Assembly: GCA_048128005.1 (NCBI GenBank)
Contig: JBEUKZ010000117.1
Coordinates: forward strand, 248,001 to 312,000
DNA from: Veleropilina oligotropha
Taxonomy: Eukaryota
Direction: 5' to 3'
DNA: 64,000 nucleotides
Part shown: positions 10,966-24,493 of the stretch, piece by piece
Position numbering within the stretch: the stretch's first letter is position 1
How the letters are laid out: each line of letters starts with the position of its first letter
Program-made: the position numbers and the translations under genes
The notes under the pieces: generated by a model
Told to the model about the DNA's origin: nothing
The model's database searches: none
What the model saw: only the letters and a program-made list of their open reading frames with translations

Positions 10966-12534
10966 TTGGGGCGTGTGACTTCCATAAAGCCCCACCGATG
11001 TGTCACATGTAAGACGGGATTTTCACAGGCTAGTAGTTTTAAGGATCACATGCGAACCCATACTGGAGGGAAACCGTATCAATGTGCTACATGTAAGAAG
11101 GCATTTGCACAGGCTGGTTATCTTAAGGAGCACATGCGAACCCATACTGGAGAGAAACCGTATCAATGTGTTGTGTGCAATAAGGCATTTTCACAATCGC
11201 ATAATCTTAGGAAGCACATGCGAACCCATACTGGAGGGAAACCGTATCAATGTGCTACATGTAAGAAGGCATTTGCACAGGCTGGTTATCTTAAGAAGCA
11301 CATGCGAACCCATACTGGAGATAAACCGTATCAATGTGTTGTGTGCAATAAGGCATTTTCACAATCGCATAATCTTAGGAAGCACATGCGAACCCATACT
11401 GGAGAGAAACCGCATCAGTGTGTTACATGTAAGAAGGCATTTGCATGGGCTGGTGGTCTTAGGAGGCACATGCGAACCCATACTGGAGAGAAACCGTATC
11501 AATGTGTTGTGTGCAATAAGGCATATTCAGAATTGGGTAGTCTTAGGCGGCACATGCGAACCCATACTGGAGAGAAGCCGTATCAGTGTGATGTGTGCAA
11601 TATGGCGTTTGCACTTTCGGATCAGCTAAGGAAGCACTGGCGAACCCATACTGGAGAGAAACCGTATCAATGTGTTGTGTGCAATAAGGCATTTTCACAA
11701 TCGCATAATCTTAGAGAGCACTGGCGAACCCATACTGGAGAGAAACCGCATCAGTGTGTTACATGTAAGAAGGCATTTGCATGGGCTGGTGGTCTAAGGA
11801 AGCACATGCGAACTCATACTGGAGAGAAACCGCATCAGTGTGTTACATGTAAGAAGGCATTTGCATGGGCTGGTGGTCTTAGGAAGCACATGCGAACCCA
11901 TACTGGAGAGAAACCGTATCAATGTGTTGTGTGCAATAAGGCATATTCAGAATTGGGTAGTCTTAGGGGGCACATGCGAACCCATACTGGAGAGAAGCCG
12001 TATCAGTGTGATGTGTGCAATATGGCGTTTGCACTTTCGGGTCAGCTAAGGAAGCACTGGCGAACCCATACTGGAGAGAAACCGCATAAGTGTGTTTCAT
12101 GTAAGAAGGAATTTGCATGGGCTGGTGGTCTAAGGAGGCACATGCGAATTCATACAGGGGAGAAACCATATCAGTGTGAAGTGTGCTATAAGGTGTTTTC
12201 ACACTCTGGTGTTCTTAAGGAGCACTTTCGTACCCATACTGGAGAGAAACCGCATCGGTGTGCTGTGTGCAATCAGGCATTTTCGGAGTCTAGTTATCTT
12301 GTAAAACACATGCGACGTCATACTGGAGAGAAACCGTATAAGTGTGTTGTGTGCAATCGGGCATTTTCTGTGTATGGTTCCCTTAGAAGGCACATGCGAG
12401 TCCATACTGCAGAGAAACCATATCGGTGTGCTGTGTGCGATCGGGGATTTGCGCAGGCGGACAATCTGAAGAGGCACATGCGAATTAATACCGGATATAA
12501 ACCGTATACGTGTGTTGTGCGCAATCAGCCATAG
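10966..12534 (+). CDS. C2H2 zinc-finger array protein (cassette copy B): 17 intact fingers plus degenerate C-terminal fingers; start codon uncertain
   Basis: Open frame of 28-aa CxxC-x12-HxxxH units with TGEKP linkers. The ORF track starts at TTG; the first in-frame ATG is about 11050. The paralogous start (MPNC in 61339-62373) reads ILNC here and the first finger is partly deleted. Finger 18 has H->N; finger 19 is broken (CVVR) and followed by a stop. Confidence 0.85.
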   Translation: MGRVTSIKPHRCVTCKTGFSQASSFKDHMRTHTGGKPYQCATCKKAFAQAGYLKEHMRTHTGEKPYQCVVCNKAFSQSHNLRKHMRTHTGGKPYQCATCKKAFAQAGYLKKHMRTHTGDKPYQCVVCNKAFSQSHNLRKHMRTHTGEKPHQCVTCKKAFAWAGGLRRHMRTHTGEKPYQCVVCNKAYSELGSLRRHMRTHTGEKPYQCDVCNMAFALSDQLRKHWRTHTGEKPYQCVVCNKAFSQSHNLREHWRTHTGEKPHQCVTCKKAFAWAGGLRKHMRTHTGEKPHQCVTCKKAFAWAGGLRKHMRTHTGEKPYQCVVCNKAYSELGSLRGHMRTHTGEKPYQCDVCNMAFALSGQLRKHWRTHTGEKPHKCVSCKKEFAWAGGLRRHMRIHTGEKPYQCEVCYKVFSHSGVLKEHFRTHTGEKPHRCAVCNQAFSESSYLVKHMRRHTGEKPYKCVVCNRAFSVYGSLRRHMRVHTAEKPYRCAVCDRGFAQADNLKRHMRINTGYKPYTCVVRNQP

Positions 12535-12750
12535 TCCCCAAGACGCCATTAACATAAGCGAATCCATAAGGGAGATAACCCGCATCAGTGTTATGTGTGT
12601 AACAGCGCTTTTTCTCAGGCGTACAGACTCCTAACGTACATGGTTTTTCTTTATCAACACTAACTGCATGCGTGATGCGGTGTCATTGTAGTGGTATATA
12701 TGCATAATATATATATATAACAGTTTGTATATTGATATGGCTCCTGTATA

Positions 12751-14116
12751 TTGACAGGAGCCATATTTGTTGATTTAAGAAAAGCTTTTGATTTGATAGA
12801 TCATTCCATACTAATTCAAAAACTTAAACTCTATCAACTTAGCTCTATACCGCTAGCTTGGTTTGAATCTTATCTGTCAAATCGAAAACAAAAGGTCGCT
12901 ATAGGAAATGTTTTGTCAACATTTCACGATATTAACTATGGTGTTCCACAAGGATCAATTTTAGGTCCACTTTTATTTTTAATATATATCAATGATCTTC
13001 CTCTTCATTTGAATTCAGACGTTGACTTATATGTGGATGACACTACACTACATTACTCCGGAAAAAATATACAACACATAGAGTCTTTCCTAAATAATGA
13101 TATAGCAACTTTAAATAACTGGTGCAATGCAAATGGCATGATCATAAATGTTGAAAAAACGAAAGCAATGTTAATTGGGACTAGACAAAAATTGAGCGCA
13201 AATAATAACTTTAAAATTGCTCTAAACAATGAGATGTTAGTCAATTCATCATCTGAAAAATTACTTGGTGTCATAATCGACAGCAACTTGTCATGGAAAT
13301 CTCACATTGATATGATTGGCTCCAAGATATCATCTAGGATAACCTTACTTCAAAGAACGAAGCATTATCTTCCGCTAAAGCTAAGAAAACTATTTTACAA
13401 CAGTTTTATACAACCTCTAACAGACTATTGCTGTACAGTTTGGGGAGATTGTTCCAATGAGTCACTTAATCGATTATTCAAACTCCAAAAAAGAGCAGCT
13501 AGGATAATTCTCAATGCAGAATTTGATGCTCCTAGTGGACCCTTATTGCAAACTTTGGAATGGATACCAATTCAAGAAAAAATAACATTTAATAAAGCAG
13601 TATTAATGTTTAAATCGCAGAACAATTTAAGTCCAAAGTATATTTCTGAAAAATTTCACATCACTCATTATGAATCTGATAAGACGTTACGATCAGTGTC
13701 CCCAAAAGCTCAAATTCGGCCAAAACCAAAAACAGAATCTATGAGACGAACTTTCACTTATACAGGTGCCCAAATATGGAACAATCTACCCCAAACTATT
13801 AAGAATGTAGAAAATGTTATCATATTCCGGCGAAAGATGAAGCAGCATATGTTGAAGTCTGACATCAAATAACTCCTTATTAAAATATACAACTATACAA
13901 TGTTTAGTCAAAAATATGAATTTTCATATATTTGTTGTAGTACATCTGGATTGTTGCACTTATATACTCTATTTTCTTCATGTACATAATTATTATATAG
14001 ATATATTATTGTTGTTGTTGTATATTAGTTTTGTAGCAGAGGGACTCGGGAAGATTAGCATATCAGCTAACTGTACTGCCTCTATAAATAAAGCTTTATT
14101 ATTATTATTATTATTA
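12751..14116 (+). mobile_element. 5'-truncated CR1/L2-group LINE with an open RT frame, inserted in the 3' region of copy B
   Basis: 373-aa ORF with DLRKAFD, GVPQGSILGP and YVDD. Ends in aataaa plus a (TTA)n tail. TSD-like ctcctgtata / ctcctagtata at 12741 and 14117. The paralogous site near 4345 is empty. Confidence 0.95.
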
Positions 14117-14741
14117 CTCCTAGTATAGTATACATTTTACGACATTTAGGCCTTAGCAATAATGCAAATGCATTGATGCACAAACGTGAATTTCCCGATT
14201 AAAGGCAACACTGTATTTGATTTAGTGTTTTCCAGTCAATATTCACATTCAAGCTTTGCGCTGTATCCACAATAACAATTAGAAGGTAGTTCTGCTGTCC
14301 GGCAGATGCAACACTGTGAACTGCAAGCAACAACTCTTACAAGAGTGGGGCGCAGCTATTGTTGTCCCGTGGACTGGAATATGAACGTTATTTCCCCATT
14401 TCGTCCAATTATTGTGATATGTACAACATTGAGGTTTCATCTGACCGGCTGGAATATCATATATAATATGTCCGGTCTCATCATTTTCCTCCACTGTGTC
14501 AAGTTCCGAGATTCCTGATGTTAACTTCACCTTGATATTTCCACATTTATGAAAATCCTTTGGGTTATGCATGTGGTGTTTTAGCAATCATCATTTCATA
14601 TTGTCGCATGGTTTGACGTGATACTCTCCTTGCGCAATTCCTTTATTTGCAGTAGTTGGTGTAGTCCCTTATTTCTCTGTTTGGTGGTCACTTAGGGCAT
14701 GCACCGTGCATGGATATGGCTGCTGTATTATTACGTCGTGC

Positions 14742-15223
14742 TTTGGCTCGCATGCAACGCAATGCTAGTCTATGTAATGAGCATGTCGTCTGGCTCGCAT
14801 GCAACGCAATGCTAGTCTGTATATGTAATGAGCATGTCGTCTGACAGGCCGGCCTTTCGTCCGACCGGTGTCAACAATTGTTTCTCCTGTTAAAGTTTTT
14901 GATTAATATTTCTCGAACATGCTATATTATATTGTGCAAGAATAGACAAGCTTTGGCATCTCTCTTTGGCAGATATCACTATTTCATAGTCATCTAACCC
15001 TATAGTGGAAATATTAAAAGCAATTTAAAAAGAAATTTTGCGTATACATAGCCATTTTTGATTTAGACAAATTTGCTCTTTATGCAACTGTTTATATACT
15101 TTACATGTCTATCTCAAACTGACAATTTCATCTTTTATTGAATGTAGACACAAAACTCATGAAATGTAAGTTATTGATGCGCAGTTCCACGCATGCGAGC
15201 CATTTCAGGCTTTTGCGCTTGTT
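14742..15223 (+). mobile_element. Second HINE-like family
   Basis: ttt-ggctcgcatgc at the 5' end and gcatgcgagcca followed by a short imperfect hairpin and cttgtt at the 3' end. Absent from paralogous 3' regions (about 4795 and 57090). Confidence 0.7.
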
Positions 15224-15431
15224 ATAATTGGAACTACATTTATTTGTTGGAATAGTCCACTTTGCATATCTCATCAATGTGTCTTCAAATATATTTCATT
15301 TTGCGTCTGCTATGTTTACAGACCGTAGAACAATCCAGGCAGTTTCGAAAATCACCTCATTCAGATATGTATAGTCGCCTTTATCGTATTAGATTATATT
15401 TAAATTTGCTCATCGTAATATCATATAATCC

Positions 15432-15912
15432 TTTATCACATTACAAACCTGTGATGCAACCGCAGAACCAGTTTCATATTTTCCATATGAAACAAACGTC
15501 TAATAACTATAGAAATGACGACGAGCATGATGCCGTCTGGCGCGAATTTGATTAGGTGGCGCATCACCCTAATTAACATATTGATTAATTCACACCCGTT
15601 GATTGGTCTACTGAAAAAAAACAAATATAAAGACCTATTTTGTATTAGCGTACTGGCGTGGTACGTGCTCTCGTGGCGTGATGCGTCTCAGTTTAAAAAT
15701 GTAAAGAAATCATTTTAAAAACGTAAAAAATAAGTTTAAAGGTAAATAATGTCATGTGATAAAGAAGATTTCAAACTTCTTTCCATTTCATATGATAATT
15801 ATCAAACTCATCAGCAAATGTACCAGTATGTACCTCGCTAAGAGTCTGTACATAAATGATGCCCGTCTCGTTTCATAATTCTCATATGAAATGGAAGCTC
15901 GTTCATATCCTA
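15432..15912. mobile_element. Same architecture, third family; inverted copy at 37272-37770
   Basis: tttatcacat...catgtgataaa followed by a hairpin. Absent from paralogous sites near 5018 and 24740. atcct occurs at both junctions. Confidence 0.65.
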
Positions 15913-17168
15913 TATATACGTCAGAACTGAACGATGACTGTTACCGGAAAATTACGATAGGTGTGTCGTATCTTAAGTCTTTCACCATGTCGTGTTCATT
16001 CGATAGGATAGTGTCCAGTATATTGGTCTGCTGTTGTCACAATGGCGTAGGGAGAAAATTTGGATTGGGAGGTGGGAGGTAAGAGAGAAAAAGGGCACTT
16101 TGCTTAACTAATTTTATATAAAGGTAATTTTGAGCCGTACATTGCTGCATATATATTATATATGTGTGTTTGATGTGGGGGTTGACGATAATTTTCCAAA
16201 TGTAATTATGAAGGGAGTCGAATTATACTACGAATGGTCCGCGTGGTGGTGGGTCCCACGCGGAAAAATATTTTGGCAAATAACCTTGTGAAATCCTCTC
16301 TACTGCATTCTGAGAGCGCTAATGTTAAATTTCGTTGAGCCATTTTCACCACTCTGTAACAGTTTTCAATTTGAAAGATAGTCCTACACTATGAAATATG
16401 TATAGCATTTGAATAGAAATTATTATAATTTTTTGAACATAAAATCATAAATTTTGGTTAGGAGGTAAGTTGTAAATTGCATTGTGTATAACTTGTGTAT
16501 TAAAGATATGTTTCAAGTGTATATGTTCCGCGCGTTTATCTCATTTGCGCTGCGCCTTTTCTCAATTTTGCTTTTATATTGTATTGTTAGGCATATTTTC
16601 TGTTAGGCATTTTATCTACTGTGCTTTCTGTTGTACACGTATTACCAATTATTTCCGTATATTTGCAAAGGAGTCTATACTAGTATTTTAATAAAAAGAT
16701 TTTAAACCAAAATAATTGCGCTTATTTACAGTCGCCTTATTTTTAGCGTGCTGTTGCTCTGCTACTGTTTTGTGGCTCTGATGTTCCCTGTTTACTTTCA
16801 AAATCTGTCCAGTGTGTCCATTTGGAAAGACTCTTCCATTCCGCTATCAGCTCCTCATGTTTATCCGTTTTCGGTTTTCTCCACAATGTCTTCCCTTTGT
16901 GTTTGAGCAACGTCTGGATCTATGAAGATATTTCTTAGAATGGAGTCTTCTCTGTCACTCATGTTTACTGCTGGTTTAGGTACTTCCTTTTAATAAGAAC
17001 CCGATTATATTTTTGCCTTGAGTGGTCGAGTTTGCTCATTTTGGTCAGTTGATATTTGACCCAGACGTACGATATTGCTTATCTCCACTCCATCCACATC
17101 TAGGTGCTCTAAAAATGTCTGAAACCGTCTCAACCTGTAGTTTACATATTGTACAGTTTTCGCCTTCT

Positions 17169-18822
17169 GTATCTGTATATCGGTATATGTTACGCTGCTA
17201 GAACCCAAAACTGGTATAGTTGCAGCGGGAAGAGATTGTGCTTATGATGTTAGTTACGCTGTGATTCGAGGGACATTTTGAAAGCTTCAACACTTTCGCA
17301 GTTCACAGATGAGGATGGAAGATGGTTCCAGTCAGCGACTGTTCTGACGAAGAACGAGTTTTTATACTGATCGCTGTTGGCTGTTGGTATTTGGAATCCT
17401 TTGGAGTGTTGACATGCAAATCGATCAACAACATTTGTAGCCTGAAAGTCTGTGAATGGTTTTGGTTTAATGTTGCGGCCTGCTTTTCTGGGCTGCAAGT
17501 ATTGATTATGTGATATGGCTGGCACTAATCCATTGGCGATTTTATATAATATAGATAGGTGAGTCGGGAGTTCTGGCGTCGGTCGCGAAGAGGAGAGAGT
17601 TGTAGTGTGTGTAGTGTAGATGTAATGAATCCACTGTCACGAGATTTGTAGTCTCCGGTGATGAATCTAGCTGCACGGTGCTGGATTTGCTGTAGGGAGG
17701 CAATGTCACCCTGTGGTATGGGTCCCATACAATTGCACCATATTCCATCAAGGGTCGTACTAGGGATATGTATGCAGTCCTCTTGTTTAGCTGTGAGCAG
17801 TTACGAAGGTTCCTCCTCAGGAAGCCTAGGGTGGAATTGGCCTTCTTTGTGGTTGTCGCAATATGTCTACCCCATTTAAGATCATCGGAGATGGTGATGC
17901 CCAAATAAGGGGTAGAGTCGACCTGCTGTAGGATGGTGTTATTGAGGTTATAAAAGTGTTGAGTCCGGTTCCGTACGCTCAGGAGGTAGCATTTACCGGC
18001 GTTGAACTGCATGCCCCACTTTTCTGCCCAGACTTCGAGTTCCATTAGGTCATGTTGTAGTGTGATGTGATCTCTGAAATTTCGAATCGCACGGTACAAG
18101 AGGCTGTCATCTGCAAACAATCTAACTTGAGACTTGACACAATCTGGGAGGTCGTTAATATGACAGAGGAAGAGTAAGGGTCCAAGAACAGTTCCCTGTG
18201 GCACGCCGGACTCCACTGGTACTTTCTCTGTCATTTCGCCTTCCAGTACTACACGCATTGATCTGACGGTCAGGAAATGGGTTAGCCATGCATGTGTGTA
18301 TCCCGTAATGCCGTATGCACGTAGCTTCATAAGCTGTTTGGAGTGGGGCACTGTGTCAAACGCCTTTGAAAAATCTAACACGACGCAGTCTACTTGTTGG
18401 TTTGCACCGTACGACCTAAGTAGGTCATTCATGGTCACGACAAGTTGGGATTCGCATGAGTATCCGCTCCTAAAGCCATGATTAAGGTCTGTGAGTATAT
18501 TGTTCCTCTCCAGGTGGCACATGAGGTGCCGACAAATGATGTGCTCCAATATTTTGCATGACACGCAGGTTAAGGAGACTGGTCTGTAGTTCTCTGCCAG
18601 GTGCCTGTCGCCTTTCTTAAACAAACTAGATATGTTTGCAGACAGCCAGTCCTTAGGTAACGTACCAGTGCGGAGCGAGTACTGAAAAATAATACTGAGG
18701 CCTGGGGCGATACTGTCCGCGCAAGTCTTCAGGACTGTTTGGGATGGCGTCTGGTGCACAAGATTTGGATGTGTTCAGGTCTCTCAACAGTTTCATTACT
18801 CCTGTGTTGTTTATCTCGATGT
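17169..18822 (-). mobile_element. 5'-truncated CR1-type LINE ORF2 (RT) with frameshifted C-terminus
   Basis: FKKGDR..NYRPVSLT, LDFSKAFD, GVPQGTVLGP, FADD and YKNSFFVRTVADWNHLP motifs. It interrupts the ORF1 relic. Confidence 0.95.
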
Positions 18823-18832
18823 CCTCGCCATG

Positions 18833-21800
18833 TGTTACCATACAGTTAATGTTCTGCGTCTTTTAAAGTGATCTTTGAATTGAAGATCTCTGGTCGAGGT
18901 AGCAAATGGATATACCTGTTATCCCTTACGTCATCAATTACTTAAACTGTCCTGACATAGTCGGCTGCAGGTTGAGCCGCTAATGAAATCGTTTCTACCA
19001 CATGGAATATAATATATTCGGGTGGCTCGGTCGTCTAATGGTTAACTTCGGTTCTCTTCGGTATCTTGGGCGTTACGACATAATCCATAATAGCAACGTG
19101 GTGGAAACTGGAGTCGCTTCCTTGACTAAACGCCCCAGGAAAACACCGAAGTCCTCTAATACATTTTTGGCGTGGTAATTTATGAGAAAGATTTGAATCC
19201 TGCTTAGCTTCCTGATTATACAGTTTAATAAATCCAAGGCATAATCATATGAATATACAGGCGAATACACAACAAAGCAGAAGCGAAGCAGAAAAATCAG
19301 CAAATCTATACTACATGATTAAATATGACAAGGAGACTCTATAAATGCATGTCTCCAAGTCCCGAGGGTCTCTCCCACACCCCCGTAACATTCAATATCC
19401 CACACTGTGACAGCGAGGCTATGATGCTAATTTCTCTTTTATCCAGTCGTATTCTAAACTCCATCACGCCACAGAACCGTGAAACACCGTATTCTTAAAT
19501 GATTGGCTGGCTCCTTTTGCGATGTGGACTAGTTAAACATAAATTAACAATCTCGGTCATATATTGCTTGATCCTAAATCCCTAGATATTTACTTGGTCA
19601 AAACAACATCAATTAAAACTTTGCGATTGTTCATTAATTAATAGTGTTGGAAGTTTTATCTTATAGACAATGGCGGTGACCTCATATATTGCAGGACCCA
19701 TGAGCCCCTGATATGTTCTAGGACAGAACAGTGTCAACTTATAAACTTGCGATTGTCCATCAGTTAATAGTGTTAAAAGATTTAGGTTATCTGCAAGGTC
19801 TCATAGATTAAGTTACACGTAGTGGAGCATAGGCTATCTGACATTTACAAACATTAAGTGGAGGGAGGAATGATGCTTAATGTCCTGTATATTTACAACA
19901 TCGAGGTTCAAGGCAGGACTTGTTATCCGTGTTATCGCGGGAGGAAACCCCGGTCGCCCGGGTAAACCCGCCCTCTTCGGCCATTCACGGACATCTGTGT
20001 TTCATAACTTGAACAAATGTCTATGCCTCAACCAGGTATTGAACCCACTACTGTTCGCATTAGCGGAAACAAGCCAGTGAATTTAGAGTGGGCACTCTTA
20101 CCCACTGCGCTGCCGAAGCGGCCTAAACAAACATTAAGTGACCACTTAATATTAATTGTGAAAAAACATTTAAATGTATCCATACGTTAGATCCACTTAG
20201 TTAAAATAATTCCCTAATTAATTAGTGACCCAATAGGTCAACAGTTACCTCCCATACTTAGCGTAATAATATAAAGCTTGCACAAAATACACAATAATGG
20301 ATATATGTGTGTGTGTGTGTGTGTGATATAACATAAAATATAAGTGTTCAATTATTATTAATCATTAAAGTCATTTCAGTATGTGTAAGTCCGGTACAAT
20401 GTAAAATTCCACATAGCTCGATAATTCGAATCCGATCGCGCACAAAGTCCAATGTCCAGAGATAATCTAGGAGGTCAAAGTTCGAATTGAGTAGATATGT
20501 CCAATGTTCATAGAGTTCCATTCGCAGTGTTCATATAAACGAATCCTCGTTGTTCTCGCAGCCGCATCATAATCACCGTATCCTCCGCTCCGTCTCTGAA
20601 ATCAGATCTAAGGCAGTATCAAAAATTCGTGACAAATACTATGATTGGTCGATTTAAATGATGCTTCCAATCAACATCGGTACACATTTTTACATTTAAT
20701 TAATACATTTAATTAATGCCTCTTCAAGACATTGAAATATTAAACTAGATAAAGAGATGTATTACAATAACATCAATATTCATATTTATATCAATTACAG
20801 CACAATAATATTTGTGCTCTCTTTAAAATTTTAACTTCAGGATTACGCCTGGGTCACACTGGATCATTCATTCACTTCCAGATTGCCCATTCTCTCGGCG
20901 TTCTCTTATCTCATTTACTTCATATGGTGTCCAATTATCTCAATTGGATGACATCATTCTTGTCTGTCGGAGTCTCGACCACCAATTTATTAGGATCTCT
21001 TGATTTGTTATCATCTAATTCAGAACTTTACGTATCATCTAATTCAGAACTTTACGTATTAACTGAGCCGTGTATCATATCATCTGCTCAACATGCAATA
21101 TTATCACCTGATCTTAATCTATAAATGGCCGACGAGCAACACTTCTAATTACAACGTAATATAAACCTATACACGATAAACACAATTATTGAACCTATAA
21201 CAATGAATCCAGTCCCTATTAGGAGAGAATCCATGAGAGTCAATCATGCCGTAGAACCAATTCGCTTTATGTTTTTCAATTACGTTATCATATTTTCAAG
21301 GGACATTTCTCCCAAACTTATTAACTTTTTCGGGATCTCAATCTGTGTGAAATTTGGAAAAAACGAATTTAAATTTACTCCAAACTTTCATTTTACTTGA
21401 ATATGTAAGTCTCAATAGGTCGTCGTATTCTTCGCGTTGGTAATATGATGACAAAGTCATTTCAGCACTATTACGCGATACGTTCTGGTTCTAAACGGAT
21501 TACATCACTAGGTGACTTAATTGTTATATCACTTTGTCTTTTGCGCCTGTACGTTATCTTAGCAAATAACCGAAAATGCAAAAGGTACGCAAAAGGTAAA
21601 CGTGATTAACCAGTTCGTTATGTCATCATCAGTCACAATCATAACTCGTCGTGGCATGTCTTCTACACCGCATTATCTTGCAAGTAAATATTAATCGCAA
21701 ATTCAGTTTGATCCTCTCATGACAGTTTAGTATTTTAATTATGTGTACAACTGTCTTCTATTTCCACACTGTTAATAGTGTCATCAATTATTCCTAATCA

Positions 21801-24493
21801 AATCGCATGTTCGTGAGGAAGTGAAACTGACCATCTCTCAAACAAGCTCATATAGGGAAAATGCACCCCAGGCAATACATCATGATATCAACGTCTATCA
21901 AAAGTAAAATCGGCAGTCAAGTCAATTTCACACATATGAAGTAAATCCAATCAATCAAGAATTGAATAACCGCGCAGCCCTAAGAGAACGGAGGTAAATA
22001 AGTAAATTAAGTCAATAATCACCACATGAAAGAAAAATCCTTACTTTCTGTTCCCAATAGAATGTCACTACAAACTCATCAGTCACAAACCCATCAATCA
22101 ATACACTACTAGGACACTTAATTGCTCAATTATTTGATAAGCCGATTTTAATTAACCAGTTATCAATATCAAAGCCTTCCGTAACAAGACTTCTTTAACT
22201 GTCTCAACTGCTTGTTCCAGATTACTTGTTTTTACTTCTGAGACTGCCTTCTCTGGTATTGAGTTTTCAACATTCTCAGTTTCCCTTAATTTTCGCGCTT
22301 TTATTTTCCTGGCTCTGACTAAAGCATCTGTTAAAGACAAATTCCTATTGGGCTCATTTAATAGAGAGTATCCAGTTTTGTTTATGTATTCTGCAGAACA
22401 CCCGTTTATCGGAATGTCGCTGTCATTATTCGTCAACTGCTCTGACCTGTCTGACCCACTGGCATGACGCTGCTGTCTAATTCGCTTGCTGGTAATCGTT
22501 TTGACAGATCTGCAACCAGGCCTGCTTCTAAAATCATGTCACATTCCTGACAATGTTTATACATATATTTTGGTTACATTCATTCAACATAATACTTTAA
22601 AACATAATTAATACATTGACAATATTTAGGGTACTCATTTTACATGCTGAATCATTTAATACAATTGTCCATGTATTCTTCATTAACTGCTCTTAAAAGC
22701 TTAGCTCTTCTCTCATCTCCATTAATTATAATGCATACGGGCATAAACATAATCATCATTTGATTTCATCTACGTAATATGTCACTTCTCGATTGGCATT
22801 CTCGGGGTGCAATCAACCCTCCTAGTTCGTCCTTAACCGGCTCGAACTTAATTATGGGTGCAAGGTCAGGGGTACCCTAACCCTAACCTAAAGGCTTTTC
22901 TGCCCCTGGCATCCGTCAACACCGGATATGTGCGTCTTTGACCACATATGCGTGCGCACGACGAATTCCATATCGATCTTGCACGTCTTAAACTCTACAT
23001 AATAACCTGTTAAATGAAATACAACGATTTATACTTTATTTAACATCTACGTTGTTTATCCATACTTAAAATCAACACTCTTTATATCATTATCAATAGA
23101 TTCAGTACATAAAATCACGTTTATATTTCAGTCTCGCCATGTCATTATAAACCCGGACATGAACTCAATGTACATTAATACTGACACAATATCATTATAC
23201 AATATAAGCACAACATCTCTGTCTAATCATACATTTTTTAGATCTTTCAATAACGTTTCCTATCTTATCCCTATCCGTTCCAAATATAAAATATATATTT
23301 TCAATGCATGCACAATTCATCTATACTAATAAGTTAGTTTCATGGAATAAGTCTTTCTCGTTTAATTCATATTCGTATTCATCTTATTTATAAGTTGTAC
23401 CATGCCAGTATCTGTCCTTAAGTTATTTTCTTTCATCTATGAATTTTCTCTGTCTTAAATCTCTTTATATGTTTTAACGCATTCTACTGATATGTCTGAT
23501 ATATGTAATTGTTGCAACCGACATCGTTTCTACCACATGGAATATAATATATTCAGGTGGCTCGGTCGTCTAATGGTTTACTTCGGTATATTGGACGTTA
23601 CTACATAATCAGAGTCGTTGTGTCCTCCATAATAGCAACGTGGTGGAAACTGGAGTCGCTTCCGTGACTAAATGCCCCAGGAAAACACTGAAGTCCTCTA
23701 ATACATCTTTGGCGTGGTAATTTATGAGAAAGACTTGAATCCTGCTTAGCTTCTTGATTATACAGTTTAATAAATCCAAGGCATAATCATATGGGTATAC
23801 TGGCGAATGCATAGCAGAAGCGAAGCAGAAAAATCAGCAAATCTATACTACATGATTAAATATGACAAAGAGACTCTATAAGTGCCTGTCTCAAAGTCCC
23901 GAGGGTCTCTCCCCCACCCCCTTAACATTCAATATCCCACAGCGAGGCTTTGGTGCTAATTTATCATTTATCCAGTCGTATTCTAAACTCCATCACGCCA
24001 CAGAACCGTGAAACACCGTATTCTTAAATGATTGGCTGCCTCCTTTTGCGATGTGAACAAGTTAAGCATCAATTAACAATCTCGGTCATATATTTCTTGA
24101 TCCTAAATCCATAGATATTTACTAGGTCAAAACAACATCAATTAACACTTTGCGATTGTTCATGAATTAATAGTGTTGGCAGTTTTATCTTATAGACAAT
24201 GGCGTTGACCTCGTATATTGCAGGACCCATGAGCCCCTGATATTTTCTAGGACATAACAGTGTCAACTTATAAACTTACGATTGTCCATCAGTTAATAGT
24301 GTTAAAAGATTTAGGTTCTCTGCAAGGTCTCATATATTAACTTTCACGTAATGGAGCATAGGCTGTCTGACATTTACAAACATTAAGTGACCACAGAATA
24401 TGAATTGTGAAATAAACATTTAAATGTATCCATACGTTAGATCCATTTAGTTAAAATAATTCCTTAATCAATTAGTGACCCAATAGGTTAGCA
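18833..24493 (-). mobile_element. Decayed or non-autonomous LTR retrotransposon with 4-bp TSD (CATG)
   Basis: About 1-kb direct repeats (18988-20243, carrying a SINE, versus 23524-24493). TG...CA ends and CATG on both sides. Removing it restores cctcgccatg|ttgatttg, matching 6611-6628. Strand is inferred from a purine tract next to the left LTR. No long internal ORF. Confidence 0.85.
19861..20123 (-). mobile_element. SINE family 1, inserted in the left LTR
   Basis: TSD acaaacattaagtg. The site is empty in the right LTR (about 24377-24390). Confidence 0.92.

Noticed and set aside
11000..11629. Overlapping alternate-frame and antisense ORFs on the ZNF arrays (also 61593-62297)
   Set aside because: Shadows of the 84-bp finger periodicity.
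10966..12534. Naming the gene PRDM9 or a specific ZNF ortholog
   Set aside because: No PR/SET, KRAB or SSXRD sequence is visible, and finger arrays alone do not establish orthology.
22874..22890. Interstitial telomeric repeat (ccctaa)n
   Set aside because: Only about 2.5 units, which is compatible with chance.
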